64,000 nucleotides of DNA from Leucoraja ocellata. Taxonomy: Eukaryota. This document shows positions 37,985 to 50,875 of the stretch, one piece after another. Numbering within the stretch: position 1 is the first letter of the stretch; each line of letters begins with the position of its first letter. The position numbers and the translations under genes were made by a program. The DNA lies in the NCBI GenBank assembly GCA_036785375.1, contig JAWMAR010000056.1, forward strand, positions 3,658,001 to 3,722,000, read 5' to 3'. The notes under the pieces are model-generated. The model did not search any database and was not told the DNA's origin. It saw nothing but the letters and a program-made list of their open reading frames with translations.

Positions 37985-39830
37985 ATATTTTTGTGTGGGT
38001 GGGTTGATACTCAGCAATTTGAACTTGGGCACTTGTATTCATTTAGCCACTTGGTTTGTTTATAATTGGTCACTGTTTATTTTATAGTAAAACAGTGTTA
38101 ATTTTGAATATTGGGTAATGCTGGATACATTGCCAATGCATTGCTCTTTGAATTGTCAAATATGCTGTATCCTTTAGACCTACTCAAGATTTGTATTTCT
38201 TTGCTGCTTTTTTCTCGGTCATTTAACTTTAAACAACTGCTCATATCAATTATAACGTGCTTCCATCTCCCATTTAGATTGATTGCCTGATTTATTTGTC
38301 CATTTGACTGAATTATTCAGAGCCACTGTACAAAATTACTCTGGGAAATTACAGGGCAGATTTCAAATACTTCGGACTAATGAGGCAGGTTTATAAAAAG
38401 GCAGCATAGTAAGCCTGTTGTTCTTTAGTTCATCAAAGTATGATTTCTTTTTAATGTGAAAACCTTGTGATTAAAATGACATTTGATAGTAGGGAGAACA
38501 CTCGTCATCCCCTTTTATATATTACCATATGTGGTCTTGCTATTTGTCTCATTCATTCAAGGGAGAAGGGAATGATTAACTCCAACTTGCTTTTAGCTAC
38601 TGTCACCCAATGGTAACGAGTCACATTTATGAAAGCAACTACTGTTTTTTGGAACAGTTTTGAAAAAGCAGTTCACCTTGCACAGCATGATCATATTTGT
38701 GCTATTAATGCTCATTTTTTAAATTGCCACGTTGGAAGTATTTTCTTGACAATTTCACCTATTTCGCCCTAGCTACAATTAAAAATTTTATGGCCCATTT
38801 TAGACCTAATTCTCCACTAACACTTCTCACTATTGTAACTTGCCTTTCACTATAATACGTTGAATGCACAATAACAAATGTCCCTGAAGCCTATCATGTT
38901 GCGTTCTCTGCATCCATATGGTGAATTAAAAGTAGGTGGTGAGAGTCCTCGATATCAAGGTAGAGGGACATGTCACTTGAATATTCCACACCAGCACATT
39001 AATCAGGAAGGTATTATGTTTCGCATTGTCTGACTTACTTTGGTCAAGTGTCATGAAAAGTTTGAACTATTTGTTGGAACTAATCGTGTCTTATAACACG
39101 CGACTAATACATGTGAAACACAGCAATCATGGCTTAAATGTATATTATCCTTTATCTACTTGTGTAGAAGAAAACAATATCCAGTTCTTTCAAATGCTTG
39201 AACTGCGTCAAGTGGACCAATATCTTGCTGTTTTTAACATAAGTAAAGGAATGAGATTGGATTGTACTAGTGTGTCTGTAATATCACGCGACTGACTATT
39301 CTGAAGTTTTAAGAATGATTTCTGAATGGTGGTAAATTGTTAGTTTGTACATTAAAACACTACAGCAATTTATTTTCTACATTTGCCTTAACACGAATTG
39401 CATGCAACTTGAATTTCACCCTCTTGTGTATATAACATGATTTTATTCCAGGATTTAATTGCAACTTTTATGTTGAACGAAAGGGGTTGAGGTTCTATGC
39501 TAATATTGAACTGTGATATTGTATTTGCCAAATAGCTACCAGATTGTTTACACTGTTTAACAAAACTAATAATTTCAAGATTAATTTTTTTCAATCAAAA
39601 TTTGTCATCAATATTTGAAATATTTCAACATGAAGATTTACAAATAAAAGCTAGTAGCATAACTTGACTAATCTTTTGTCTCTGCATTCCTTCAATCTCC
39701 GGTATTACTCATCTTTACCATTCCTTGTAACACTTTTATTTTTCATGTGTGATATAGAAGATTAAAAACAATACATCTGGATCTGAATTAAAAACTCTTT
39801 TTGCCTCAGTTGCCAATAAATGAAGGGTTG
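37985..39830 (+). other. RALB: Putative RALB 3' UTR with candidate poly(A) signals
   Basis: AT-rich stretch with no recognisable repeats after the stop codon. AATAAA at 39643-39648 (followed by U-rich sequence) and at 39815-39820. The 3' end is inferred. Confidence 0.6.
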
Positions 39831-40102
39831 TAAAGAGCTACTCAAAATGCATTCTGAACCAGCAGAACAAACATGTATTTCATTAATGGAATATAACTTG
39901 GTAGCAGTGTAGATTGTGCTGATGTGACTGCCAAAGTGGTGTTTAATGCCATCAGTTGGAGATACATTTTAAGGCACAAGTTTGGTCACTAACAATGCGA
40001 GTATGAATATCTGTTGCAAAATTCAGTGGAACTTTAGAAGTTCAGGTCTGGTTAGAAAAGAGAATTTTAAGTACTAGATTGGTGTAAGCTGGTTCAGATC
40101 TA

Positions 40103-40500
40103 GTCATAGTGATACAGCGTGGAACCAGGCCCTTTGGCCTAACTCACCCACACCGGCCAACAATGTCCCAGCTGCACTAGTCCTGCTTGCCTGCGCTTGG
40201 TCAATATCCCTCCAAACCTGTGCTATCCATGTACCTGTCTAACTGTTTCTTAAGCATTGGGATAGTCCCAACCTCAACTACCTCCTCTGGCAGCTTGTTC
40301 CATGCACCCACCACCCTTTGTGTAAAAAAAAAGTTACCCCTCGGATTCCTATTAAATCCTTTCCCCTTCACCTTGAACATTTGTCCTCTGGTCCTCAATT
40401 CCCCTACTCTGGGCAAAAGACTCTGCATCTACCCAATCTATTCCTCTCATGATTTTGTATATAAGATCCTCCTGCGCTCCATGGACCCAGCCTACTCTTC
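40103..40500 (-). mobile_element. CR1 3' fragment
   Basis: LLPRVGELRTRGQMFKVKG..FTQRVVGAWNKLPEEVVE. Confidence 0.85.
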
Positions 40501-40989
40501 CTCACCCTGGACGTCCCTGGATGGAGGGCAACAAAGTGCATTTAAACAGATTGTGGTGAACCATGTGCTGGATAAGACCAAAAAGAGAAAATTGTTGACC
40601 AACATTTTCATTTGATCTTTTAATAAAAATAGAATTTTGATGGTTGCTGCTTCCCCATTGACTTCTCCCTTCTAATGATAATGAATTTGAATTTACTACA
40701 AAGTCCACAACATTTTGCATTTTTTTTTTCTGATGCCATTTCTCTTGGTAGATAGTTTTTCTGATGAAGCCAGCAAGTTGACTGTTCAGAGTCCCTTTCA
40801 GTACTGTTATGCATTGCCAATCTTGGAGCTATTTGCCTTTTCAAATAACTGTTTGGCAATCCACTTTGTGTCATCCTTGCATTTCATTTTCCTATCCAAC
40901 TTAATGCATGAATTTTTAAATCTTATGGAATTTTCAAAATTAAACCGTCATTGTAAATTTCTATGGGTGTGACAGTATTTTGAAATTTA

Positions 40990-41455
40990 TAACCATATAA
41001 CAATTACAGCACGGAATCAGGCCATCTCGGCCCTTCTAGTCCGTGCCGAACACTTATTCTCCCCTAGTCCCATCTACCTGCACTCAGACCATAACCCTCC
41101 ATTCCTTTCCCGTCCATATAACTATCCAATTTATTTTTAAATGATAAAATCGAACCTGCCTCCACCTCCACTGGAAGCTCATTCCACACAGCTACCACTC
41201 TGAGTAAAGAAGTTCCCCCTCATGTTACCCCTAAACTTCTGTCCCTTAATTCTCAAGTCATGTCACCTTGTTTGAATCTTCCCTACTCTCAGTGGGAAAA
41301 GCTTATCCACGTCAACTCTGTCTATCCCTCTCATCATTTTAAAGACCTCTATCAAGTCCCCCCTTAACCTTCTGCGCTCCAAAGAATAAAGACCTAACTT
41401 GTTCAACCTTTCTCTGTAACTTAGTTGCTGAAACCCAGGCAACATTCTAGTAAAA
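40990..41455 (-). mobile_element. CR1 3' fragment, same young family as 27633-29115
   Basis: FTRMLPGFQQLSYRERLNKLGLYSLERRRLRGDLIEVFK is near-identical. Same GTTATATG tail. Confidence 0.92.
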
Positions 41456-42074
41456 TTCTGCATTTGTTAAAGACAGCTGGACAGCAAATCTTAGTTAAAA
41501 TGAAATTCAACTTGCAACTTGCCTAAATTTGGGGTAATATGACCAGGGAAACTACAATTTCTTGAGGTACTATCATGCCTGATTTTAACCATTTGTTTTT
41601 CCATTGCATCTTTTAAAAAATATATATCGTCTAACACAAATTTCTTGTTGAAATGTTATGTTATCGGATGGTTGGGAATTTTACTTTGTGCACCATCTGA
41701 AACCTTTTGGATTAGATAGTATTAGCCTCTATCGCTCCAGAAAAAAACTCTCCATATTTTTGCAATTGATCCTTGCAGCTGAGGGGGAGACCTGATGGTA
41801 TGTAAAATTGAGACTGGCATAAATGTTCATAAATGCATAGCCGTGAAGGTTTATTTTAATAAGAAAATGAGTTGAACTGTTCATCTGGAAAGCGGTGCCA
41901 ATGGGCAACATGTCGTTGGGTTTGGAAAGCACCTTCTCTTTTCAGATGAGAACTCTTATAGCAGATGCTAAAATCTGAATCCACAAATTGAATGAAGAGC
42001 AGAAGGGGCGGAAAGACAGTTTTCTGTGTTGTATAATTCAACATTCTAAAAGATCAATTTGAATGAGCAAAAGA

Positions 42075-42335
42075 CTGAGGCGCGCAGCTGGTAAAGCTGC
42101 TGCCTCAAAGTGCCAGAGACCTGGGTTTGGTCCTGACCTTCAGTGCAGTCTGTGTGGAGTTTGCACCTTCTCCCTGTGGCAGTGAGTTTCTTCCGTGTGC
42201 TCCCACATCCCAAAGACGTGCGGGTTGAATAGCCTGTAAATCGCCCAGTGTGTGGGGAGTGGATGTGAAAATGAGATAATAGAACTCGGGTGATCGATAG
42301 TTGGCGTGGGCCGAGGTGCTGTATCTTTAAAAGTA
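42075..42335 (+). mobile_element. V-SINE (diverged)
   Basis: ggcgcgcagctggtaaagctgctgcctc..gtggagtttgcaccttctccctgt..cccaaagacgtg. Confidence 0.75.
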
Positions 42336-42759
42336 AAATTGAGAGGTATAGCCATAAAATTCAGGTGTGTAGGCAGAAACGTTGTCGCAATGTGGATATG
42401 TCAATGACTAGAAGGTTATGCTGTAAACTGAGAGGGGGTAATGCTTAAAGGAGAAGTGTAGGACCTTATTGTTGAGTGGTATGTGCCTGGAATGTGCTGC
42501 GTGATGTACAGGTAGAAGCAGATATGACCGTGACATCTAAGATTTTTAGATGCATGAATTTGCACGGAATGGAGGGAAGTGAATCATGTACAGGCAGGAA
42601 GGATTAGTTTAATTTGGCCCAAATTTTTACTGAATAAACAGCTGCTGGCTTACCAAAAGCTCATAAATTGTTCATGTAATCTCAATACAGTTCAGTATAT
42701 TAATCTAATGTAAATCTGTGCAGGCCATATCGGGTCCGTATGTATAGTTCTAATATTGG

Positions 42760-43080
42760 AGTGCAGTGACTAGTGGGGTGCCGCATGGCTCAATGCTGGG
42801 ATCCCAGTTATTTACAAAATATATATTAACGATTTAGACAAAGGAATTAAATGTGACATCTCCAAGTTTGCAGATGATGCAAAACTAGGTGGCAGTGTGA
42901 GCTGTGAAGAGGATGCTATGAGGCTGCAGGGTGACTCAGATTGATTGGGTGAGTGGGCAGATGCAGTATAATGTGGATAAATGTGAGGCTATCCACATTG
43001 GTGGCAGGAACTGGAAGGCAGATTATTATCTGAACGGTGTCAGATTTGGAAAAGGGGAGGTGCAACGAGACCTGGGTGTC
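42760..43080 (+). mobile_element. CR1 RT-core fragment
   Basis: Encodes VTSGVPHGSMLG..YINDLDKGIKCDISKFADDAKLGG. Confidence 0.85.
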
Positions 43081-44292
43081 CACCTGTTACAAACAACAAT
43101 GATTTAAATGATTGTCGGTGATATGACAACTGATGGTATTAGACAATAGGTGCAGGAGTCGGCTATTCGGCCCTTTGAGCCAGCACCGCCATTCAATGTG
43201 ATTATTGATAATCAGGCTACAGGAACAGATGAAGTTGGTAATATAGGGAGACCAATGGTAGATGGAATGTGGGACAAAGCATTATCAAAGGACAAACACA
43301 AGGAATAGGAGTTTTGAGAAACCGAGTTTAATAATGTAGTATCTATTTTCTGGCATTGCCCATTGTCCTACAACTATCTCTGTCTATCAAAACCTTTTAT
43401 CATCTAATAAAGTTCAAGAAAGCTGGCCAGACTACTTGAACTTTCCTACCTCTTGCCTTAAGTTCTAAATCTGTTATCATAGAGTGGAAACGAGCCCTTC
43501 GGTCTAACTTGCCACACCGGCCAATGTGACCCATCTACACTGGTCCCACCTGCCTGCGCTTGACCCATAAACCAGTCGTATCCATGTATCTGTGTGAATG
43601 TTTCTTATCCTGCATAGTCAACCTTGTCTTTAGTAGCGAGCATGAAGAAAAGATTTCATCCAATTCCTAATTCTTCCACTCTGCAGCCAAAATCGTGGAA
43701 TTCACTTCATCCTTTCCACAACCTTTTAAAACACACGAAAATCTCTTTAATGATTTGAATGAAAAGTTATTCTTCCTGCAACTATCCACACCTGTTTTGT
43801 GGTGGTGGCTGATTGCCAATAAGGTGAAACAAAATATTCTAATAGTTGTAAGTACCTGTCAAGGACTATACTTCAATTTCAGTAATGAATTTTACACTCA
43901 TTGAACAGATGGGGAATTGCTGCTCACCCAGTATCATGGAGAATATAATAAGTGACAGAAAATAAAAACGATTAGTTTGAATAAATTGTACCCATGTGGG
44001 AAGAAGCAAATTGTTACAAATTGTCTTTGTCATCTTGATAATGTAGGTTTCATGTGACAGTTGTCCTAAGGCTGTTCGCTTTGTAATTCTACATAAAAGT
44101 CACTCACTGAGCCCAAACTGGGCATTCTGATAATTGATTGCCTTCACATGAAGCCTATCGGTAACAAAGATGAAATAGGATGTGCTGATATAGAAGTAAT
44201 ATATACATAAAGTAATCCTTTTATATATATTAACCACAGTTGTCATCCACTCAGCTATTAAGTAGAAATCCCCACGACAGTGTAGCAACATT

Positions 44293-44522
44293 TGTGTAGG
44301 AAGGAACTGCAGATGCTAGTTTATATTAAACCAAAGATAGACACAAATTGCTTGAGTAACTCAACGGGTCAGATAGCATCTCTAAAGAAAAAGGATGGGT
44401 GACATTTTGGGTCGCAAACCTTCTTCAGACTGAAGAAGGGTTCTGACCCGAAACGTCACCCATCTTTATTTTCACCAGAGATGCTGCCTGACCTGCTGAG
44501 TTACTCCAGCACTTTGTGTCTT
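44293..44522. repeat. Penelope-derived inverted-repeat element; intact hammerhead-like core at 44430-44457 (+)
   Basis: Palindromic centre cttcttcag-a-ctgaagaag. Core ctgaagaagggttctgacccgaaacgtc. Arms of about 90 bp are mutually complementary. Confidence 0.8.
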
Positions 44523-45130
44523 ATCAACAGCAGCATTTGTACTAGGATCTGATCAGGTAACTCAGTATCCAAAAAAGAACATTGCAGATGAGTGGAAAAT
44601 GTAAAAGGAAAATGCTGTACTAAAGATAGAGCACTAGGGGCTAGTGGAGCCAAGGGATATAGGGAGAAGGCAGGCACGGGTTATTGATACGGGACGATCA
44701 GCCATGATCACAATGAATGGCGGTGCTGGCTCGAAGGGCCGAATGGCCTCCTGCACCTATTTTCTATGTTTCTATGTAAATTTTCTGATGATGCTTAATT
44801 GTGAAAAGATAGGAGAATTGCAATAGATTGCATCAATTATTTTGCAAAAAAATCAATGGTCTCTTAAAAGTTCACGTTTATAAAAAGAAATTTGCATTAA
44901 TATCGAACTGTTTATATTCCAAGTAGAGATCCTTTTCTACTTTTATTGAAGAAACGAGTGGAACGTATTGGAAATAAGGTAGGCAGCGTCTGTGGAGAGG
45001 AGAACAATGGGTTTAAATCAGGAATGAGGGGAGATTAGAGATGAACAAGCATTAGAAATAGGATTATGGATCGTAGAGATGGAAGAAAGCAAAGGAAAGG
45101 TCATGAAAGGTGAAATCATAAAGGGTGTAA

Positions 45131-46419
45131 AGGGGCTGTCCCACTTGGGCGACATAATCTGCAAGTTTAGAAGAGTGTCTTCGACCTTCAAACTCGCAGC
45201 ATGGTCGACACATGGTCCTAGGAGGTCCTATGAGATCGCTAGAACTCCCCTTCATGCTCGAGGGAAGTTCCCGATTACTCGTGGCCTCAGGTTTAAAATT
45301 TGGTCGGCATGGTTCTTTTGAACTCGTAGTGCAGTGGTGTGGGGTCGCTTTTAGTTACAGGCAGTCGAGGGCAGCCGTAGGCAATCTCCTTCTGACCGTG
45401 CATTTCGATTGGCTCATTGGAGTTTTCAGGACCAAGGAAAACCTACCAGTAGGAAAAATGCCCGCTAAACTTTATTATGTTTCTTAAAAGTGTCGCCACT
45501 CCTTCTCTCCCATTCTTTCCCCCTTCTCTCCCCCCTTCTCTCCCCCCTTCTCTCCCCCCCTTCTCTCCCCCCCTTCTCTCCCCCCCTTCTCCCTCCCCTT
45601 CTCCCCCCCCTGCTCCCCCCCCCTTTCTCCCCCCCCTTCTCTCCCCCCTTCTCTCTCCCCCCCCCCCCCCCAGCACTCTCTAAAGGACTTACCGTACATT
45701 GTGGCAGCCGTTTACCTTCCTCTTCATCGCGGGTGTGAATTTCAGTCAGCGCACCTCCGCTTTCCCCTGCCCCCGCCTTTGTGTTGTGAGTGTGNNNNNN
45801 NNNNNNNNNNNNNNNNNNNNNNNNNNNNNNNNNNNNNNNNNNNNNNNNNNNNNNNNNNNNNNNNNNNNNNNNNNNNNNNNNNNNNNNNNNNNNNNNNNNN
45901 NNNNNNNNNNNNNNNNNNNNNNNNNNNNNNNNNNNNNNNNNNNNNNNNNNNNNNNNNNNNNNNNNNNNNNNNNNNNNNNNNNNNNNNNNNNNNNNNNNNN
46001 NNNNNNNNNNNNNNNNNNNNNNNNNNNNNNNNNNNNNNNNNNNNNNNNNNNNNNNNNNNNNNNNNNNNNNNNNNNNNNNNNNNNNNNNNNNNNNNNNNNN
46101 NNNNNNNNNNNNNNNNNNNNNNNNNNNNNNNNNNNNNNNNNNNNNNNNNNNNNNNNNNNNNNNNNNNNNNNNNNNNNNNNNNNNNNNNNNNNNNNNNNNN
46201 NNNNNNNNNNNNNNNNNNNNNNNNNNNNNNNNNNNNNNNNNNNNNNNNNNNNNNNNNNNNNNNNNNNNNNNNNNNNNNNNNNNNNNNNNNNNNNNNNNNN
46301 CGGTTTCAACGCGGACGATCGAGCCAGCTCGAGGCTTTCCAAGCGAGTGCCCTCGAGCTTGAAGGTCGAAGACATTCTTCTTAACTCGCAGATTAGGTCG
46401 CCCAAGTGGGACAGTGCCT
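45131..46419. mobile_element. PIF/Harbinger-like non-autonomous element spanning the assembly gap
   Basis: TIRs of about 60 bp or more (aggggctgtcccacttgggcgacataatctgc.. / ..gcagattaggtcgcccaagtgggacag). TAA next to both ends. Internal (CCCCCTTCTCT)n tract at about 45500-45671. Confidence 0.75.
45795..46300. other. Assembly gap (506 N)
   Basis: Run of N, next to low-complexity C/T and GT repeats. Confidence 1.
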
Positions 46420-46684
46420 AAAGATACATAACATAAAGTAAAAAAAGGGTGGTTATAAAACGGGCAAATGAACAATCTAGCAGCGGCACAATTGAGAAAT
46501 TTGGCTTCATTCCTTTAAAAGAAAAATATTGCTTGACATTTGAACAAACCCACACTGAATAAGCTGCAAGTGTTCATTATCTGTAATTGCTAAACTTTTT
46601 GTTGAGTTTAGAAAGCTGTAGTATGCATATTTGGAAAATGACGTGCTGTTTCTCGAGCTTACATTGAGTGTCATTAGAACTATA

Positions 46685-47115
46685 CTAGGCTCAGGACAGG
46701 GCGGCACAGGGCTACTACTCGGGTCGAGGGGACTGTCGGGTCGGAGCGCCGCGTCCAGCCCTGCCTCGCCTGTCCCGACGTTGTGCAGCCCATGGAGTGC
46801 AGCAGCAGCACCTCGCCCGTGGCCCCGTCTGTCGGCAGCCCGGCCAGCTGTCCGACCATCGGACCGACACCATCACCCCTCCTCCTCATGGCCGATCATC
46901 GGTTCATGAGTTGGATGGGGTGCCGGACTTTGTGCGTGATGCCACGTGGGCCAAAAACACCTCAGCTGGCCCGCCGGCTGGGCATTATGTGCAGTCCAGT
47001 ACCTGGGCAAACATATCATTCACCCAGCCACGGACGAGTCTGTCAACAAATTGCCGTCGGGAATTTGTCCCGTATTTTGACCTTTTGTCCCTTATTTGGG
47101 TGTGAGAAAGATAGA
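46685..47115. mobile_element. GC-rich probable DNA-transposon (hAT-like) fragment
   Basis: CpG-rich block ending in ttgtcccgtatttt..ttgtcccttatttggg subterminal-type repeats. No clear TIR pair. Confidence 0.35.
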
Positions 47116-47569
47116 AAGACCACTGGAGCACTGCATATCATTTTAGCTCTCTTTAGTTAGAGAAGGGTGTCTCTGAATCAAGGCAACAGAGGTCAGGATG
47201 AAAAACCTGCCTTATGTGCAAATTTGGAAAAAAATAGGCCTATGCTTAGAAGCACCTGTCTGGATTGAGATGATCAGATTATGGGGGTTTCTTGCAGGCT
47301 TGATAAAGCAAGGATATTTGGGTGGGACATTCTTGAACTAGGGGGTCAAAGAATCTGTATAAGAGTTTTCTTCTTTCAAAGAATCTTCTTGAGAATCTTT
47401 GGAATTTTCCACCTCAGGGGACCATGCATGGTTGGTTGTTAATGATATTCAAGGCAGAAGCATGTAGATGTTTGGAATGCAGATGGCTATTTGGTAGGGT
47501 GAATGGAATTGAGGTCAGCCATGAGATCAGCAGTGATTGTATTAAAGGGTGGAACAGGCTTTGTTGGAG

Positions 47570-48191
47570 GGCAGCACAATGGCGAAGCATTAGAGTTGCT
47601 GCCTTACAGCGCCAGGGACCCGAGTTCAATCCAGACAACGGGTGCTGTCTGTATGGAGTTTGTACGTTCTCCCTGTTCTAGGTTTTAGAAACATGGAAAA
47701 GTAGGTGGAGTAGGCCATTCTGCCCTTTGAGCCAGCACCGCCATTCAATATGATCATGTCTGATCATCTAAAATCAGTACGCCGTTCCTGCATTTTCCCC
47801 ATATCCCTTGATTCCTTTAGCCCTAACCCTCTCTTTTCCCCGGGTGCTCTGGTTTCCTCCTACACTCCAAAGGTGTACAGGTTTGTATGCAAATTGGCTT
47901 GGTAAAATTGTGAATTGTACCTATTGTGTGTAGGATAGTGTTAGTGTTTGGGGATCATAGAAACATAGAAAATAGGTGCAGGAGGAGGCCATTCGGCTCT
48001 TTGAGCCAGCACCGCCATTCATTGTGATCATGGCTGATCATCCCCTATCAATAACCCGTGCCTGCCTTCTCCCCATATCCCTTGATCACTCCTTCTCCCC
48101 ATATCCCTTGACTCCACTATCGCTTGTTGGCGCGGTCTCGGTGGGCCAAAGGGCCTGTTTCCACGCTGTATCTCAACTAAACCAAACTAAA
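47570..48191 (+). mobile_element. V-SINE interrupted by two antisense CR1 tails
   Basis: SINE segments at about 47570-47677, 47835-47956 and 48119-48191, separated by (catagaaa)-tailed CR1 3' ends. Confidence 0.8.
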
Positions 48192-48754
48192 CCTCCTTCA
48201 CCTCCTTGCACATGTTGAATTCTCTTTACGATCATTGACCTGCAGGGTTTTTCCCCCTACCTTTAAATATTTATTTGTTTATTCTGCTCCTGTGAATTTC
48301 TCTTCGCTACAGGAGTGTCACTGGAGCCTACTGTGTGCTTAAAATGATTCTGACTCATGGGAATGGGTCAGGGCAGAGACAGAACACTGGAGCAAAAACC
48401 CAACGTGTACATTAACAAGACACATCAAACATCTCACAATGATAGTGTGCAGATTAGTAAAAAGGCGTGAAAGGGAAATCATGACAAATAATCAAGATTC
48501 TAGTTATTATTTTAAAAGACACTGTAATTATAAACAAGACACCAAGGACAGTCTACAACATTAGTAGATAGGTTTCCTTGCCAGAACACGTTAGTCCAAA
48601 CTTGCAGTAATCCATATTGAGGTCACTTTTGGATTACAAACTTACTGAGAATTGCATGTCATTCGTTGCCTTGGAGAAAAAGCAGGAAAGGCAAGAGATG
48701 AGATGTTTAGAGATGCAGCCAAAAGAGTAAGTGTCAGCCAACAATACACTAATA

Positions 48755-49062
48755 CACTACACACTAGGGACAATTTACAATTAGCCTACAAACTTGTATG
48801 TCTTGGGAGTCGGGGAAGAAACCTACATGATCACGCTACTTCCATCCACTCCCTACACATTAAGGGCAATTGATTTCAACAGAGGATTAATTAACCTGCA
48901 AACCCACACGTCTTTGACATGTGGATGGAAACCGGAGCTCCAAGAGGGAACCCACGTGGCCACAGGGAGAACTTGCAAACTCCACAGATAGCATCTGAGG
49001 TCAGGATCAAATCCAGGCCTCTGACACTGTAAGGCAGTAGGTTTACTGGATATGCCAATGTG
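48755..49062 (-). mobile_element. V-SINE (diverged, partly duplicated)
   Basis: Reverse-complement V-domain and head. Confidence 0.65.
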
Positions 49063-49477
49063 TCATCCTTAATCAAATTTGGAATAAGTTTGGAACACTG
49101 ATCTATATTATCGGAGGATAGTGCAGGGTTAGGCTGTTCTGGTTTTGGAGCAAGGTTAAGATCAGCTGAATGTGCCTTTATAATACTGTTTACACCAATG
49201 ACGTGGATGGTGATTGAAGCCCACCACGTTGGAAGGAAAAGAAACATCAAAAATGAAGTGATCTGTTAAGAGATCAATTTAATAAAGCTATAACAGGTGA
49301 TAAAAATGGATTTGCACATCAGTTTTCACTGAAGACAACAGTCAAATTCCAACCATATTAATTTGGTCTTAGCACATTTCAAAATTACTTAAGAATGTTA
49401 AATATAGAAAGCATAAATATAAAAATGTCACAAGATGTCCAGTGAAAATGCGATCTATCCCGGAAATGTCCAATTAT

Positions 49478-49782
49478 ATCTTACCCAGATTAGGGGAATC
49501 AATAACCAGAGGACATAGTTTTAAGGTGAGAAGGGAGAAATTTTAATAGGAACCTGAGGGGGAAACCTTTTGACACAAAGGGTAGTGGGTATATGCTATG
49601 GGCTGCCAGAGGAGATAGTTATGGCAGGTACTCTAACAACATTTAAAATACGTTTAGACAGGTACATGGATAGGAAAGGTTTAAAAGGATATGGGCCAAA
49701 TGCGGACTGGTGTGTTTAGTGTAGTTGGGGCATTTTGGTCAGCATAGGCAAGTTGGGCTGAAGAGCCTGATCCATGCTGCAT
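49478..49782 (+). mobile_element. CR1 3' fragment
   Basis: accagaggacatagttttaaggtgag..ttgggctgaagagcctg. Confidence 0.8.
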
Positions 49783-50511
49783 ATTGCTGTGATTGAACGA
49801 GGAAATTGGCAACGAGGAAGCTAATATTTTTCAGTTTTCTAAATACCAGAAATGTACATGGACTGGATGACCGAAAAGTGTAAGTTATTTATTGTAAACG
49901 CAGGCCAGTAAAAGCCTTCTAATTATAACGTACATTGGACTAGGCTATAATTACCACATTTATATCTTACGCATTTTTTTGTAATTACATACACTTGAAA
50001 GACTTTAAAAGATGAACAAAAAACAGTTAGAGGAATACAGCGGGTCAGGCAGCATCTGAGGAGGGAAATGGACAGACAATGTTTCCACCCTGCTTCGGAC
50101 TGATGCAGTAAAGGGGAGATTGTTGGTACAAAGAGGTGAGAGGAAGGGGGTGGGATAAGAACTGAGAATTGATACAGCACTCTCTCCATATTTTTCGAAT
50201 CCCTTTCCAATCAATGAGTAACGTAAGATAAAGGGAAGGTAGACACAAAAAAACTGGAGTAACTCAGCAGGTCAGACAGCATCTCTGGAGAAAAAGAAAT
50301 AGGTGACGTATCGGGTTTTCGGACTGAGAGTCCGGGGAAAGGGAAACGAGAGATATAGAGGGACAAGTGAATGAAAGATATGCACAAAAGTAACGATGAT
50401 AAAGGAAACATGCCATTGTTAGCTCGGGGGGGTGATGGTGATGGGGAGGGATGACGGGGATGGAGTGAGAGGGACAGAGAGAGAGAGATTTCTCTAACTT
50501 GCTTGAAGTTA

Positions 50512-50875
50512 AGGGCCTGTCCCACGAGCATGCGACTGCATGCAGCAAGCGCGACCAAATGGAAGCGGGAGCCGCACGGAGGTCGAGTGATCCTGTTGAG
50601 ACGGTGCGTACGGCGTCGAGAAGCTGCGTATGCCTGACAAGGCGGTGCGTACGGCCTCAATGTGGCTGCGGGCCGGCAGGCCGTTTCCGCGCTGGATTTT
50701 TGGACAGTGTCAGTTTTTCGGAGCCCTGTGCGATGTCGGGACCAGCTCCGCACAACTCCATATGGCTCCGGCCATCGAAGTGGGACCGGTCCCGCGAGTA
50801 CAGGACCGTACAGCTCAAGCGACCACGTTAGGTCGCGCTAGACGCATGCAGTCGCATGCTCGTGGGACAGGCCCT
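50512..50875. mobile_element. PIF/Harbinger-like MITE (same family as 36879-37341, opposite orientation), inserted in an antisense Penelope fragment
   Basis: TIRs agggcctgtcccac / gtgggacaggccct. TTA TSD at 50509-50511 and 50876-50878. Host encodes KLEEQHLIFCLGSLQP on the - strand. Confidence 0.88.

Noticed and set aside
45443-46475. Long ORFs with Pro/Gly-rich or X runs
   Set aside because: Artefacts of a low-complexity C/T tract and the N gap.
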